From the NCBI GenBank assembly GCA_002245135.1, contig NGBS01000332.1:1-64000 (forward strand): a DNA stretch of 64,000 nt, read 5' to 3'. The stretch is from Proteromonas lacertae (lineage: Eukaryota). A program made the translations under genes and the position numbers. The notes beneath the pieces are model-generated. The model was not told where the DNA came from. It did no database searches and was given only the letters and a program-made list of their open reading frames with translations. This document shows, one piece after another, positions 25,061 through 39,313 of the stretch (position 1 is the stretch's first letter; each line of letters starts with the position of its first letter).

Positions 25061-26061
25061 TTATCCATTCATTGAAGCTGGAACAGAAGCAACATGAATA
25101 ATCTTTACATCAGATTCTTCAATAATTTCACTTGAATTTACAGCAGTATATTTTGAACTATAAATATTATATATATAATATATACTGTTGAATATCTATT
25201 CTTTTCAAATCATCAACTGTTGGTAACATTGTCTTACGAGGAGCTCTATATTGTGGAGGTTCACTTGCATCTTCATGAACTTTAATAGTTGAAGGAACAT
25301 CCATTGATTTTGCCTTTGAAAATGGTCTTGGAGTAATGATTGGCTGACCTTTTCTTATTCTATTATATATATATATATATATATATATAATACTCTTTAA
25401 CTGGTGATGATTTTTCATCATCTTCTACTGTTGTATAAAGGGTTATTTTCTTTAGTTTTTCTTTTTCTCTTGTTTTTTCATAGAATTCCTTCAAATAATG
25501 TGGTAGTTCTGGTTCTTCTCCCCAATCAGTTTGCCATTTAGATCCCTTCTAATGACATACCTGCTAGTTTTTTTAGACAGTATACCCATTTCTTTTTTGC
25601 TAGTGTTGTTTCACAATTAAACATAAAGTTACGAGATAAGGATTTGATTATAAACAATGTGCTAAAATGAGATTTTATTTCAGAGTTTATATGTCCAAAA
25701 TCTGTTCTTGGTTCTTCACCAATTTCTATCTTTCCTATTGGGAAATTTATTTTAAAATTTGCCTAATATTAAACAATAATAGTAATGTAATACTGCTGGT
25801 TCTATTATATCAGTTATTTCTTTTATGCATATGTAGTCAAGAGGATCAGTTTGTTTAGCTGGTCTGTAATATAAGAGATTATAAATATACTGTTTATCCC
25901 AGTAACATAAACATAACTCACCAACTCCTATATAACATACACTCACCCACCTAAAGAATAAATCTACTTAGATTATACCTTTTGTTCCAATTACCTCCCA
26001 TTAACGACTTATGACACTTTAATTTCTGCAAATAACCTTCCATTATCGGTTTAATACTCAT
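25061..26061 (-). CDS. PH-domain protein (multi-exon; one apparent 1-bp indel at ~25545)
   Basis: MSIKPIMEGYLQKLK...GNWNKRWV..., RNFMFNCETTLAKKKWVYCL PH signature. Confidence 0.7.
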
Positions 26062-26120
26062 ATTCTTTTAAATCTTTAGTATAACTGCTAAGATTAAAAA
26101 CGACTATAAATTTTAAAAAG

Positions 26121-27053
26121 ATGATAAAGAGGTTGTGTTGTATTGCTACGGTCATTATAATTATATCAATGGGTGCATTTGTTGCTACTATAATATTATT
26201 GACTGGAATTAGGAAGATAGATACAAATCATGTAGCAATCGTTTATAATAGGCTCACACAACATATTGACACGTCCCAAGTATACAAAGAAGGTACAAAA
26301 TATCTTGGACCATTTAGGTCAGTTATTCAATACCCTACAACTTACAGCACAATATCTTTGCTGGGAAAAAATGCAGTTGAATGTAGAACAGCGGATGGAT
26401 TAAAAATCACAATAGAAGTTTCTTTTCAATACAGACTAAACAGTACTTTAGAGAATATACTCTATATTTACACAACCCTTGGCGAAGACTATAGTTTAAC
26501 ATATTTATATTTAGCACAGGAATTAATCAGAGAAGTTGCCTCCAATTTTACATCCTTTGAATACTATAATATGTCAAATATAATAACAGAGAATATGAAA
26601 AATAGTTTAAACATAAGATTTTTGAATTATGGTGCTGATGTGAATAGTTTTCAACTTGCCTCCTTTACTGTACCTCAAGCATTTCTCGATGAACATGAAA
26701 GAACACAATCCGCAATTCAACAAGCTGAAACTATAATAAAGAAGAGGGAAAATGCAATTATACAAGCTGAATCAGATGTAAGGAAATCTGAAGAGGATGC
26801 GAAGATAATTATCGTTAATGGAAATGCGACGTCTATTCAAATCACCACAGAAGGTAATACACAGTCAAGCAGTATAATATCAGAAGTGTCTAGTGAAGTA
26901 CAATCATATACTGGATTAATTAAAGAATTGAACTTGGTATATAATGGTACAGTGGGAGGTGATGAAATTATTGCTTATAGTTGGATAGAGAATATGAGGA
27001 AAAGAAATAGTACAAAAGGAGCTATAGATTTAGGATATTTCGATATTGAGTGA
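26121..27053 (+). CDS. SPFH/Band-7 family membrane protein
   Basis: N-terminal TM, CRTADGLKITIEVSFQYRL, IREVAS, alanine-rich coiled coil. Confidence 0.85.
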   Translation: MIKRLCCIATVIIIISMGAFVATIILLTGIRKIDTNHVAIVYNRLTQHIDTSQVYKEGTKYLGPFRSVIQYPTTYSTISLLGKNAVECRTADGLKITIEVSFQYRLNSTLENILYIYTTLGEDYSLTYLYLAQELIREVASNFTSFEYYNMSNIITENMKNSLNIRFLNYGADVNSFQLASFTVPQAFLDEHERTQSAIQQAETIIKKRENAIIQAESDVRKSEEDAKIIIVNGNATSIQITTEGNTQSSSIISEVSSEVQSYTGLIKELNLVYNGTVGGDEIIAYSWIENMRKRNSTKGAIDLGYFDIE

Positions 27054-27167
27054 TATTTTATAGATGTGTAATTATTTATTTAAATAAATTAATAATATAT
27101 TTTTTTTAAATATTCTATATTTTGATAATAAAAAAGGGGGAAAAAAAAGACAACAAATTATAAATGC

Positions 27168-28487
27168 TTAAATCTCATGACTACAAAACAACAAGTCATC
27201 ACTTATTGAATAAATATTATACATATTCCTATTACTCCAACTCACTCCAGCTATTGAATCACAATGAACATCTGATAATGTAATAATCCCTTCATCATAA
27301 TTCTTTACATTTATAATACTTATATCACCGTTATTTTGTCCAACACTTAGATAATTACTATCAATACTAAATGATATATCATCTATAAACAAATAATAAT
27401 AATAATAATAATAAATACTTGCAAAATAACCACTTTCAGGAATTGTGAATATTTTACTATTTTTTCCATCTAACAGATGTGGAATTGACAAAATTGTAAT
27501 TTTATTATTGGTTGATAGAAAAGCTAATTTCATAAAATCGGGTGATATTTTCATTTTTACAATTTGTAGTCTATTGGTAGGAGATAATAATATTTCTGTT
27601 ACTGGTTGAACTTTCTTTTTGTGGGGAGCATAAATATTTCGAATATCCCATATTCTTAAATAACTATATAAAAATTATAAAAACAAAATATATATATATA
27701 TATATATATACTTATCACTTTCACCAATACTATATAACGTATTTCCATCATTTCCAAATATTGCAGAATTAACAGTAATTGATGAAATTTCATTTTTTAT
27801 CTTTTTACTATTATTTCGTTCTTTAGTATTATTTGAATCATGAGGATTATTGATTGATGTTATTATCATTGGTTCTATAATTAAATAATAATTAATACAT
27901 ATACTTTGTCTTATATCCCATAATTTTATAGTTCCATCTTTTGATGCTGATGATAATAAATCTATAATAAATCTATTAAATATTAATTATACGATAATTC
28001 TTTTTATAATAATCTACAGATTTAATATCTGATGTATGTTCTTTAAACGTGTATAATTCAGTAAAAGATTCATATTCCCATATCTTCACTTTACAATCAC
28101 ATGAATATGTACAAAAATAATAATCATTATTAAACCAAAAACATCCTCTTACTGCTGTTAAATGTGGTTGCTCATGTCTCAAATAGCAAACTGCCTCACT
28201 ATCATCATACAGACTATATTGATCAAATATGTACAAATCTCCTGAATCTGTTGGTATAGCAATTTGTTCATTTCTTAAAATATTTTGCGAAACACTCAGC
28301 GAATATGGACATCCTTTTGGAATACCTATTTTATTTGCTTTATATCTATAAAATTGAATATCATTTTGCACATTCTCTAAATCGATAATTAATAATTTAT
28401 ACTTATATTAAATAGCGGTTTATTGTTTTTAAATACAACATTATATGGAATTATATCATATTTAGATTCTAAATGCTTCATAGCCAT
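27168..28487 (-). CDS. WD40-repeat protein, Cdt2/DTL-like (multi-exon)
   Basis: HLTAV..., HTSDIKSV, SASKDGTIKLWDIR, RIWDIR, HCDSIAGVSWS...SISDD. WD40 is secure; the Cdt2 call is tentative. Confidence 0.7.
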
Positions 28488-28536
28488 AGAAAAAGGCAAA
28501 GTAAATTGTAGAGTCTCAAGCCAAACCTATAATTAA

Positions 28537-28956
28537 ATGGCTCAAGTATTCATTATGTAGCATCTATTTGTAGGGCTTACCAAAACAATTGAAAGCTAAA
28601 GTAGCAAAGAAAGAGGGAGCAAGGAAAGCCAAATCAAAAATGACAAAAGTGAAAAAGAGTATTAACATTATTTTAATAATAAACTAGACAAAAAGATGAC
28701 TCCACACAAACTAAAAGAAATTCAATATCACAAAGTCCAGAATGAAATAACAAAAGCATTGAATAAGAATATAGAAGAAGTAATAGCTTCAAAAGTGATT
28801 CAAGCATCAGAGAAACTAACATTGCGTGATTTGAAAGAGAAAGGTAAAGTTAAATTAGCAAAAGCTAGAGAAATGACAAAAGAAAAAGAAATGAAGAAGA
28901 AAGCTCGTGTTGTGAATAAGACTGTTGAATATCAACAACCATTAACTATAACATAA
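28537..28956 (+). CDS. Small basic protein, UPF0390/C19orf53-like
   Basis: Spliced MAQGLPKQLKAK...KVQNEITKALNKNIEEVIASK; two short introns. Confidence 0.65.
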
Positions 28957-29177
28957 TTGTGTTTTTGTTTAGTTCATTTTTCTCAAACACCAACAATAAA
29001 ACATATAAGCAAATTAATAAGGAAAATTAAAAACATACATTTAAAAATTGAACCAACTATTCTATTCTATCAGGAATCACTAAATTGTTAAAAATTACAT
29101 TAAGTTAATTAAATCCATCAAGAATAAAATAATATTAAAGACATATATATATATACAATCACATTATTCTTTCTTTT

Positions 29178-31345
29178 CTAACTCTGACCTGCATTACTAT
29201 TATTATTATCTTCTTCTTCTTCTGGAGAAGATTCAGGTAAGATTAACGAATCAACTATCACTGGCTTCGTTTCACCTGTACTTACATCTACAGTATTTGG
29301 TCGAGGTGGTAATATACTGTTACTATTGCTATTCGTTAATATATTATTATGACTACGAATTGGCAAAGATTGGACTGCCACCTATACTTTGTTCTAATAT
29401 TGATTCAGTTATTCGATTATTATTATTATTATATAATTAATACCAGCAGCTACAGCGGGAACTCGTAATGGTGGTAGTTGTATATTACGAATATGAACAG
29501 GTGTGTCTGCATTAGGTGTGCTGATATATAATAAATTGGTATTACTACCTGGTGGTTGTTGATTTTGTCTTTGTTGTTGTTGTTGTTGTAATGATGATGG
29601 TGGTTGAAGTTGTGGTAATGGAATATTATTATTATTATTATTACTTCCTGTACTATTATATGGTCCAATTTGACCAGTAGAAGGTGAAAACATCTTACTA
29701 TTTCCACTATTCAATGTCATTGTACTTGCAGTTGTTGTATTTGAATTAAGATTGGTAGTTGAAGATGGTAAAGTACTACCACTCATTACTGTCGTATGTG
29801 ATTGTATACTTGCCATTGTCATCGTGGAGACTGTACTAATGCTATGAGTTGGTTCAGGAGCTATTGCACTCTTCTTTTTATTAGGTTTAGTTGGAGGTAA
29901 AGATGAAACTATTGTACATCCTTCACAATTTTGATGTTTTAATAATAATTGTTGTTGTTGTTGCTGCTGATGTAAGGATGGAGTTGAGGATAATACAGCT
30001 CCTATTAGCCTATTAGTTTCATTATTATTATCTATAGAACTCTTCAATAATGATTCTTTCTTTACACTATTACTTCCACCATGTATTATCATTGTATTAT
30101 TTCTTAATGACATTGGTTTATCTTTTTCATCCATATCTTGAGGTTGAATTGGTACATATGATATTCTTTCAATATCTGTCCTTGTATTACTTCTACTACC
30201 AACATCTGGCGCGACTGGAGCGCTCTTTTGATTGGCGGAAAGAATCCATAAACCAATTAGAGTGATGATAATAGCAATTGGAAACATGATACTTTGAGTT
30301 TCGTTAAAACTTTGAACTTCTTTGAAGTAGATTGCACCACTTAGGATTGTTCCAATAATCCAAACACTATAATTTATATTATATATATATATATATATAT
30401 TCATACGTTTGATATAGTGGAACAACTATACTAGCTGCATATTTTGCTAATCCTCCATTCAAAAATTTAACTTGTAACAAACCACTCACCATTAACGCCA
30501 ACATCATTAAATATGTCTCAAATCGAGTAAATGCAGTAAAATTTCCACTAAAAATAAGTGTAACAATTACACTTGCAGATTTAGCTAATAATGTGGTAAA
30601 ACCACCATATAGACCACCTGTAGCACCATACAGTATAGGATGAAGCTATTAAATAAATATTAAACTATATATACTTTTAATAACAACTTAATCTTCTTAA
30701 TTAATTCAACTCTAGTATGCTTTAAAAGTTGAGTTATTGCTGCTATAGCACACATAAAAATCAAAATTACACTACCTAAACTACACAAATACGCTATAGT
30801 AATCTTATCATTGTATAATTCTATTAATCCATCGAGATCATGCTCAGTCTCATCTCGAGAGCCAAATACTATAGCTAACACAGCACCCACTACAATAATA
30901 ATTATAGATACAATATCCAACTTGGATATTTTTTCATGTAAAACTAAAAATGACAGTATTGTATTAAACACCAATGTAACTGCAGCCATTGGTGCTAGTA
31001 GTGATGAAGGCGCTAATGAATAACTTACTATTAATATAAACAATGAACAAAGTATACCAACATCTAATAACGCTGAAATACCCATTAAACATATACCAAC
31101 ATACCACATCCAATACCAAAAAATAATTTTTGGCATTACTTCTGGTGGGTGATCTTCTTCTGGGTTATCAAGTATATACAACTCCCTTTCTTGTCTTTTT
31201 GTTTCAGTCTCTTTATCTCTCTTTATATATGCTATTTTTTGCTAAACAATAAATTTACTGTAAATACTAGAATCATTCCTGTAGATGAGAGAAAAGTACC
31301 TACTAAAGCAACTAAAACACCAAATATTGCGGAGCCAATCTGCAT
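29178..31345 (-). CDS. NIPA-family Mg2+ transporter with low-complexity C-terminal tail
   Basis: GMILQK, WYWMWYVG, APSSLLAPMAAVTLVFN, SGAIYFKE; Q/N/S/T-rich tail. Confidence 0.85.
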
Positions 31346-31845
31346 AAGTGTTTTATTTACTCAATAATAGTATTGAGATGAAAATAGATGAAAAGAAAAC
31401 TATTTAAAAAAACGAGAGTTAATCTAACCGTTACATTAAAACACTCAAATTCAGGCGAAGAAGTGATGGTTGTAGAAGTAGTACTTTGTAGTAGTAGTTA
31501 TTAGCAGAGAGTACATCACATTTGTAAGTCCATAATGTAAAGAAATGGCCATGTCGTTGAATTCGAGGTTTAAAGTTAAAAATAATATGTATTATCGAGT
31601 AATGAGGTAGAATGAGATGAATAAAGATAAGTTTGTTAGTTTTAATAATGTCCAACCCTTTTAAAAGCAGTAATTACACATAATAGTCTTAATGCATTTT
31701 GCGTAATTATTATGAAATTATTACTATGAATTCATAATACGATTTATCTAGCTATTTTTATAAAATGATTTTTGAAGAATCAGCTTGAGGTTTGAAAATC
31801 TTTTTTTTCCTGCTTATTATTAACAAGGTAGTTATTTGTGTTAAA

Positions 31846-34800
31846 ATGAGTAAAAGTAGTATATTTTAGTGTTTTATAAATCACATATTAGATAATCAAA
31901 GAATTTACGGAATAGATTTGGGTGGATATACTGTTTCGATTGTAACAAAAATTAAAAATAAATTAACAAATATTGTAAATCCTTTTGGTGAAATTTTGAC
32001 AAAGTATATTAACATTATCACGTTTTAGTCTTACAGTCACATATGACGGGAAAGAACTCAAGTTTGGTAAAGCTTCAGAAAAATTTGTATAGTTATTAAT
32101 ATAATAAATAGTTATTAAACTATCCTAACACCACTTTTACTAATTTGAAGGAATTTTTTGGATATGAATTTGGTAAACACACTCCAGATATAGATTCTAT
32201 TTATTCTTACTTTTATCCATGTGTTGTTACATTTAAATCTGGTGAATTACACTATCAACTACCAAATACTATTCCTAACGTTTTAACAGACGATGAATCT
32301 TCTTTTGCAATATCTTATATATTTAAATCATTTATTCAATACATCAAAACTTCTATTATTCCAGAAAAGAGCTTAAGCAAAACAAAACAAATTGTTTTTT
32401 CTGTATATTATATATTTTATATTCATTTATTATCATGTAATAGTATCCAGCTTATTATTCAAAGAATCAATTAATGAAATATGAAACACTATTAAATGAT
32501 GTTTTCACTGAAAAAACAGTTGAAATAATACCAGAATATTTAGCTAATACATTATATTATGTTAATTCAATTAAATCTTCAAGTTCTGATGTAGAAGAAT
32601 GTAAATATGTAGTATTAATAGATATAGGATATATAACATGTAATTCTACTGTTGTAAAATATAATAATGTATATATATCTATTATTTCATATAGAATTCA
32701 TGTAAAATATTGTCACACAGTTATACGAAGGAAATAAGTGGAAGATTAATCGATAATTTGATATGTGATTATATGTTCAATCAGTATGAATCAAAATTAG
32801 ATAGAAAAGATGCACAAATATATTTAAAAGTGAAAAATGAAGTAATTACAGCAAAAGAGAAATTGTTTAGTAATGATAATATAGACAAAATAAAAATTCT
32901 ATTCGATTTGTATAAAGGAGAATCATTTGAAACTTCGTTAAGTATAGATGAAATTAATTCATTACTAACAATAAGAAATATGTATAATATATTAATAAAT
33001 GTAATAAAAGATTCAATAATAAATTCAAAAATTGAAAAAGAAATATATTCTCAATTGAATATTGCATTAGTAGGTGGTATATCTCAGCTTCATTTATTTC
33101 ATACTAAAATATTATCATTTTTCAATACAGAAATGAATAATTATAATGATTTAATAGTCAATAATGATAATAGTGTCAGTATTGGATGTTATCTATATGG
33201 AACAATTGTTCAAAATAAATGGAATTATAATATTGAAGGAAATGTAATTATTCCTCAATTAGTAGAATATAATCCATCTTCAACAAATATTACTCCAATT
33301 TTAAAGACAAGAAAGACTCTAGATGTGAATGAATTGAATATTTCATTAAAAGCATTTGATATTAATCCTCCATCATTATATAATAATAATAAAAATGATA
33401 ATATAAATAAGTCAAATTCTAAGTTTCATAAATCTCCACCTTCTTCTATGAAAAAGAGTATTGATAATAATAATAATAGTAGAAATATTAAATCAAATGT
33501 ATATATTTTGATATTGTTAAAAATTATTTATAGCAATTGATCCAAAAGACAAGAAATGAAATGATTGAATATATCAAAGAGAGATTGTATTGATTTTTTT
33601 AAATATATATATTCATATTTCTAATAGAGAATATATTCAACATTTACTTCAACAAAATCCAAGTTTATATTCTTATTTACAAATTCCTGATATTTTAATC
33701 AGCTTAAAAACACATAGTCTTATAGTAATAAGTGGATTTGAGAATTATCCAAAGAATATTCTGAATTCTATTTCATTGGCTATAGAAAATGTAGAACAAC
33801 AAATTAATGTATTTTTTATTAATATTATATATTGATCAATATTATATAGGAATTATCAGTTGATGAAACAATGAGTGAATCAACAGTTGCAAGTAATGAT
33901 TCTTCTTCATTTTATTATGATTATGATGATGATGATGATTCATTGTCTATTATATCTGATATGGATTTAACTACTTCACTAAGTATAAGAAGTCCACCAA
34001 AATATTCTGTATATATATAAAAATAATGAATATTATAATAATGATTAGACTCAATTATCACCAGATTCTATATTATTGATAGAAATAATTACATTTAAAT
34101 TGTATATATTTGTAATTATATTAATATAGAAATTCAATTCATGATGTTCTTAAAGATTATCCAACTCTCTATTATAAATTATCAATTCCATCTATTCTTA
34201 TTAATCCCAAAACTAATCGTTTAATCATTGGAAAGAAATTAGAACTTCAATCATCAGAGAAACTTAATAATATTAATAATGCTTTAGATTTACTTCTCAA
34301 GCAAATTCCTGTATAGTTATAATATTTTATAATCATTATTGTATTATATAGAAAGATACACAATTGACTTATCATTCTCCACATAGTAATAAGAAAAATA
34401 TAATACACACTGATGAATCTAATAGTGTTGATAAAACAAAAGATTCAACAGAAAATGAAATTATATCAGATAAAAATCGCCTATGTGATGAAATCCAAAC
34501 AAAATTAAATTCAATTCACAAAATAGTGAAGAAATATAACAATATTATCAATCAAATCATTATTCCTTCAATTCTATTAAATCCAAAAACAAATACATTA
34601 ATTGAAGGAAAAGGATTGAAATTTCAACCAATAGAATCACTTATAGTAATAACTCATTCATTAGATAATGTTTCTATACAAATATCTGTATAGTTATCTT
34701 TAATATATATTGTTTATTATTATAGTCAAAAATCAATCACATGTGTTTGAATGAACAAATCAAGGAAAAACTAACAGAATTACACAATATATTTAGTTCT

Positions 34801-35724
34801 CATCCATCTATTTATACTCAAATACAAATTCCTGATATATTGATATCACCAAAGACTAATTATTTAATGACAGATAGATCAATAGATGTACAAAAGTATG
34901 ATAAATTGGTGATAATTAAAGAAGCTATTGATGATTTAATGCCAATAGTAAAAGTATATATATATATATATATATATATTCTTTTTTAGAACAAATTAGA
35001 AGTTATAAATCTGATAAAATCAATTAGAAATAAACTATCTCCTATACACACAATATTTAATCAACATCCTTCACTTTATTCTAAACTAATTATTCCTCCA
35101 ATATTAATCAGTAACAAAACAGGAAATTTGATTATAGGAAAAGGATTATCGTTTCAAACACCAGAAATACTTGATGAAATAGACAAATCATTGGATATAT
35201 TATTAAAGAATATTATTAATTATTCGAAAAGTGTGAAGAATAATTCTCAAAGTCAATGTTCTTCTATTAATACAACTCCATTAGTGTTTAATAATCGAAA
35301 GTCATTAGAAAAAGATAAAGAACAACAGAATATAAGTAAAATATAGTAATAATGATGAAATATCAATGATTTTACCACCAAATGAACCATTTTTAAGTAG
35401 TGAAACTAGTTCAATAGCTGAAAAAGGCAAAACAAATAATAATAAACCAATAAAAAGAGAGAGTTATAAAACTCCATTATTATCAATAAGAAAACAAATT
35501 TATAATGATGAAAAAGAGAGTAATATCAAACTAGTAAGGGTTAAATTGGGTGATGTAGTAGAGTCTGAAATAAATAATGCAATATATAAGCCATGTATTG
35601 TCAAAGGAGTGTATGAGTATAATTTATTTAATTGATTTTATATTGTTATAGTAATTATTGTACAGTAGAGTATAATGGTAAGAAATTCTTTAATATACCA
35701 ATATTTAAGGTTAAATTGGTATAG
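31846..35724 (+). CDS. Atypical Hsp70-superfamily protein with five ~60-aa repeats and a C-terminal Tudor/SH3-like domain (many exons)
   Basis: IYGIDLGG, VLIDIGY, ISGRLIDNLI, AKEKL, ALVGGISQL, SVSIGC (degenerate actin-like ATPase fold), followed by repeats with an IP.ILI.PKT..LI core. Confidence 0.65.
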
Positions 35725-35813
35725 AATAGAGATTATTGTAAATCATTTATGTTAATCTATGTAAAACATTCATTTTTATATTATAGTAATATATATTATA
35801 TCTTATTAATTAT

Positions 35814-38800
35814 TTAAACACTACTTAATGCTTTTTGTTGATTAAACCTTCGAATTACTTCTTCATTCTTCTTTTCATAACTTGCATTAGTTGTAGCTGT
35901 TAATTTTCCGTTACTTTGATCAACAATCAATGGCTTAGTCCAAGCATCACCAGCTTTTGGTTTTTGATTTTTAAAATCTCTGAAACATTCTACCCATTTC
36001 TTGGCTGTAGCTGAACTGTTTTCACCTTCTACTTTTAAATGAACTTTTCGAATTTCATCACCTGGTTCAAATGTTTTAAGATTAGAATCTCGAACTTTCA
36101 ATACTAAAGTAAATTCAGAATTTCCATCTTCATATTCAATTCCATTGTAACATTCTAATGGAATGCTTTGTCTTTCATCTAAATAGACTTTTCCATAATA
36201 ACTAGGAGTCATGGAAGAATAGATTCTTAAAACAGCTGGTTCAAAATATAAAACAAAGAATCTTCTTTGCCATTTACTCACAACACGATCATGACCTTCT
36301 TTCAATAAATATCCTTCCATTATTACTTCATAACTAAATGGTTTGTAGATGTCATCATCATTTATTTTCTTTTCTTCTTTTATCTTTTCAATTGGGATTA
36401 TTGTTTCCATTATTTTTTCACTCTTTTCTTTCTTAACTTCTTCTTTATTCTTTGATACTAATGATACAACTACAAAACCAATTATTGCAATTAATAAAAC
36501 AGCTGCTATACAAATGATGAGAATGGCATACCAATATTTTTCAGCCCAGGATTCTTTATCTTGAGGTGCTTCTGTAGTTGGTTTAGTAGGAAGATAAACT
36601 ACAGTTTCAACAAGTGTAGGAAGTGTAACATCTCCAACTTCTTCTTCTACTGTCACTGGAGTATTTAAATCAGGGAATTTATCATTTTTGACTAACAATT
36701 CACTTTGTTTTTCTTCGACTACTTTTTTAATTTCTTCTAATTTTTGGATTTCTTCTTCTTTACCTTTTAACACTTCTTCCAATTCTTTTGGCATTGATTC
36801 TAATATTTGATTTTCACCTGTTCCAGATGTTGAAACATCAGGTCTTACAAATGAAAGAATTTGCTTAATATAAACAAATGGTGAAGATAATTTAGTAAAA
36901 TCTATTCCATTATTTTCTCCAATTAACCTACCAATCATTGCATTTTCTCCATCACCACTGTAACTGAAAGTGTATTTTGAATAGAATTTTATTTCTATTG
37001 TAATTATTTTTTCAGAAGCAGAATACCTAGTTATGTTGAAATTTGTATTATTAAATGCATTCATCATCAACATATCAACATAAGCATACATAAAATTATT
37101 ATCAACTGTTTCAGTGAATGGGAATTTAGCAGTAATTGATGAACATGATTCACCATATTCAACTTTTCTATCACAACATAATCCATTAATATCAGCTTCA
37201 TAATATAAACCTTCATTTCCTTTTCCTGCTGGACATTTTGATTCATATGTAATAATTTGAGTTTCATTATTCACTTCATCTTTATTAACAGTCGGTAATG
37301 CAGTACTTTGTTCTTCTGGTATAGGTGTAATCTTTATCGTTTTAGTTATATTAAAATCATTATTATTATCAACTGTGAATGTAAGCTTTCCATCAATTAA
37401 ACCATCATGCCTATCACAAGTAATATATAAATCATAAAATTTGATTTGATCTACTCCTATTAATTCAGTTGTTCCATTTAACTTACAATTACCTTGGTTT
37501 GCAGATAATTCAACTTTCACTGTATGTTCTTTCTTTTCATTTTTATTCACTATTGATGGATATTGTAATACTATTGTAGCTGATTTTATATTTGTGACAA
37601 TCCAAGATGATGGAACTGAACTTAAAACTTTATTTAATTTTGGTTGTTTATCTGTAACTTTTACTGTTACCATTGTATATCCAGATCTATATTTTCCTTC
37701 TTTATCTTCCTTCATATCACATTTTATAGAACATGTAATATAATCTGTTGTTTTACTAGTATTTCCTGTAATATTTCCTTCATTATCACCTTTTATTTCA
37801 TTACTTTCACAATTAACTGTATATTTTATACTTCCATCTTGAATTTCAGGTTTTATAGAAATTGAATCTTTATCTTTTTCATATTCATATATATATTTTT
37901 CATATTTACATTGTGTTGGAATTCTTAAATGAGTTGGAGCTGAACATGTTGAATAATTACCACCTGTACTTTCATTAAATACTTGATAGAATTCTGTATG
38001 ATTATTGGTTGTTAGATGATCTTTTAAATTTTGCCATTCACCTTTCTTCTCTTCATTAACATTTACATTATATGTAATGTTATACATATAAACTGTACTA
38101 TCTTTGATTAACTCAACATCAATATTATCACTTATAACAGTAATATAACTATTTAATTCAGCCTTTTCAATTGCAATTTCTAATGCTTTTAAAGCAAAAC
38201 CCTTAATTTCATCAGTTGTATAGTTAACTTCTTGTGGCCAATCTTCATATTCGAGTAAGACTCTTTTAGCAGCAGGAGTAGTTGTAGCAGCTTCAGTTGT
38301 TGCTTCTTGAGTTGTAGCAGCTTCTGTAGTAGCTTCTTGTGTTGTAGCAGCTTCTGTAGTAGCTTCTTGTGTTGTAACTGCTTCTGTTGTTGCTTCTTGA
38401 GTTGTAGCAGCTTCTGTTGTTGCTTCTTGTGTTGTAACTGCTTCTGTTGTTGCTTCTTGAGTTGTAGCAGCTTCAGTTGTTGCTTCTTGTGTTGTAACTG
38501 CTTCAGTTGTTGCTTCTTGTGTTGTAACTGCTTCAGTTGTTGCTTCTTGTGTTGTAACTGATTCTGTTGTTGCTTCTTGTGTTGTAACTGCTTCTGTTGT
38601 TGCTTCTTGAGTTGTAACTGATTCTGTAGTTGCTTCTTGTGTTGTTGTTGATTCTGATGTTGAAGATGAAATTTCATTTGTAGTTGTTGGTTCTAAAGTT
38701 GAAGAGGTAATATCGTTTGTTGTTGTAGGTTCAGAAGTTGATGAGGTAATATCATTTGTTGTGGTAGGTTCTAAAGTTGAAGATGTAATATCATTTGTTG

Positions 38801-39313
38801 TGGTAGGTTCTGATGTTGAAGATGTAATATCATTTGTTGTTGTAGGTTCAGAAGTTGAAGAGGTAATATCATTTGTTGTGGTAGGTTCTGATGTTGAAGA
38901 AGTAATATCGCTTGTTGTTGTAGGTTCAGAAGTTGAAGAGGTAATATCATTTGTTGTTGTTGGTTCTGATGTTGAAGAAGTAATATCGTTTGTTGTTGTA
39001 GGTTCAGAAGTTGAAGAGGTAATATCGTTTGTTGTTGTTGCTTTAGTAGTAGTCGATGGTTCTATCGTTGTAGGATTACCACTAGATGGTGTTGATGTTG
39101 GTGGAACAGTAATAACTGGTGGTAAGGTTTGAGGAGCTTCAGTAGGCTTATTTGTAACAATAACTGTTGGTTTTGGAGCTTCAGGCTGGAAACTACAAAT
39201 CTGAACAGAGAAAGAATCTGGTTTTACTTCAGCAAATACGCTTAAAGCAAAGATAGCAGCAAAGACTATAATAATATATAAAAATAAAGAGCTATACATA
39301 TGAGTGACTTCAT
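35814..39313 (-). CDS. Mucin-like type I membrane protein with cytoplasmic PH domain
   Basis: ATG 39313 plus one intron gives signal MKSLIFFAAIFALSVFA. Thr/Ser repeats; TM YWYAILIICIAAVLLIAIIGFVVV; IMEGYLLKEG...WQRRFFVL...AKKWVECF. Confidence 0.85.
38280..39040 (-). repeat. Coding minisatellites: 30-bp (TTQEATTEAV) and 39-bp (EPTTTNDITSSTS) arrays
   Basis: Direct tandem repeats visible in DNA and protein. Confidence 0.95.

Noticed and set aside
38189..39132. Q/K-rich, Cys-rich and Val-rich ORFs
   Set aside because: Alternative-frame or antisense readings of the mucin tandem repeats.
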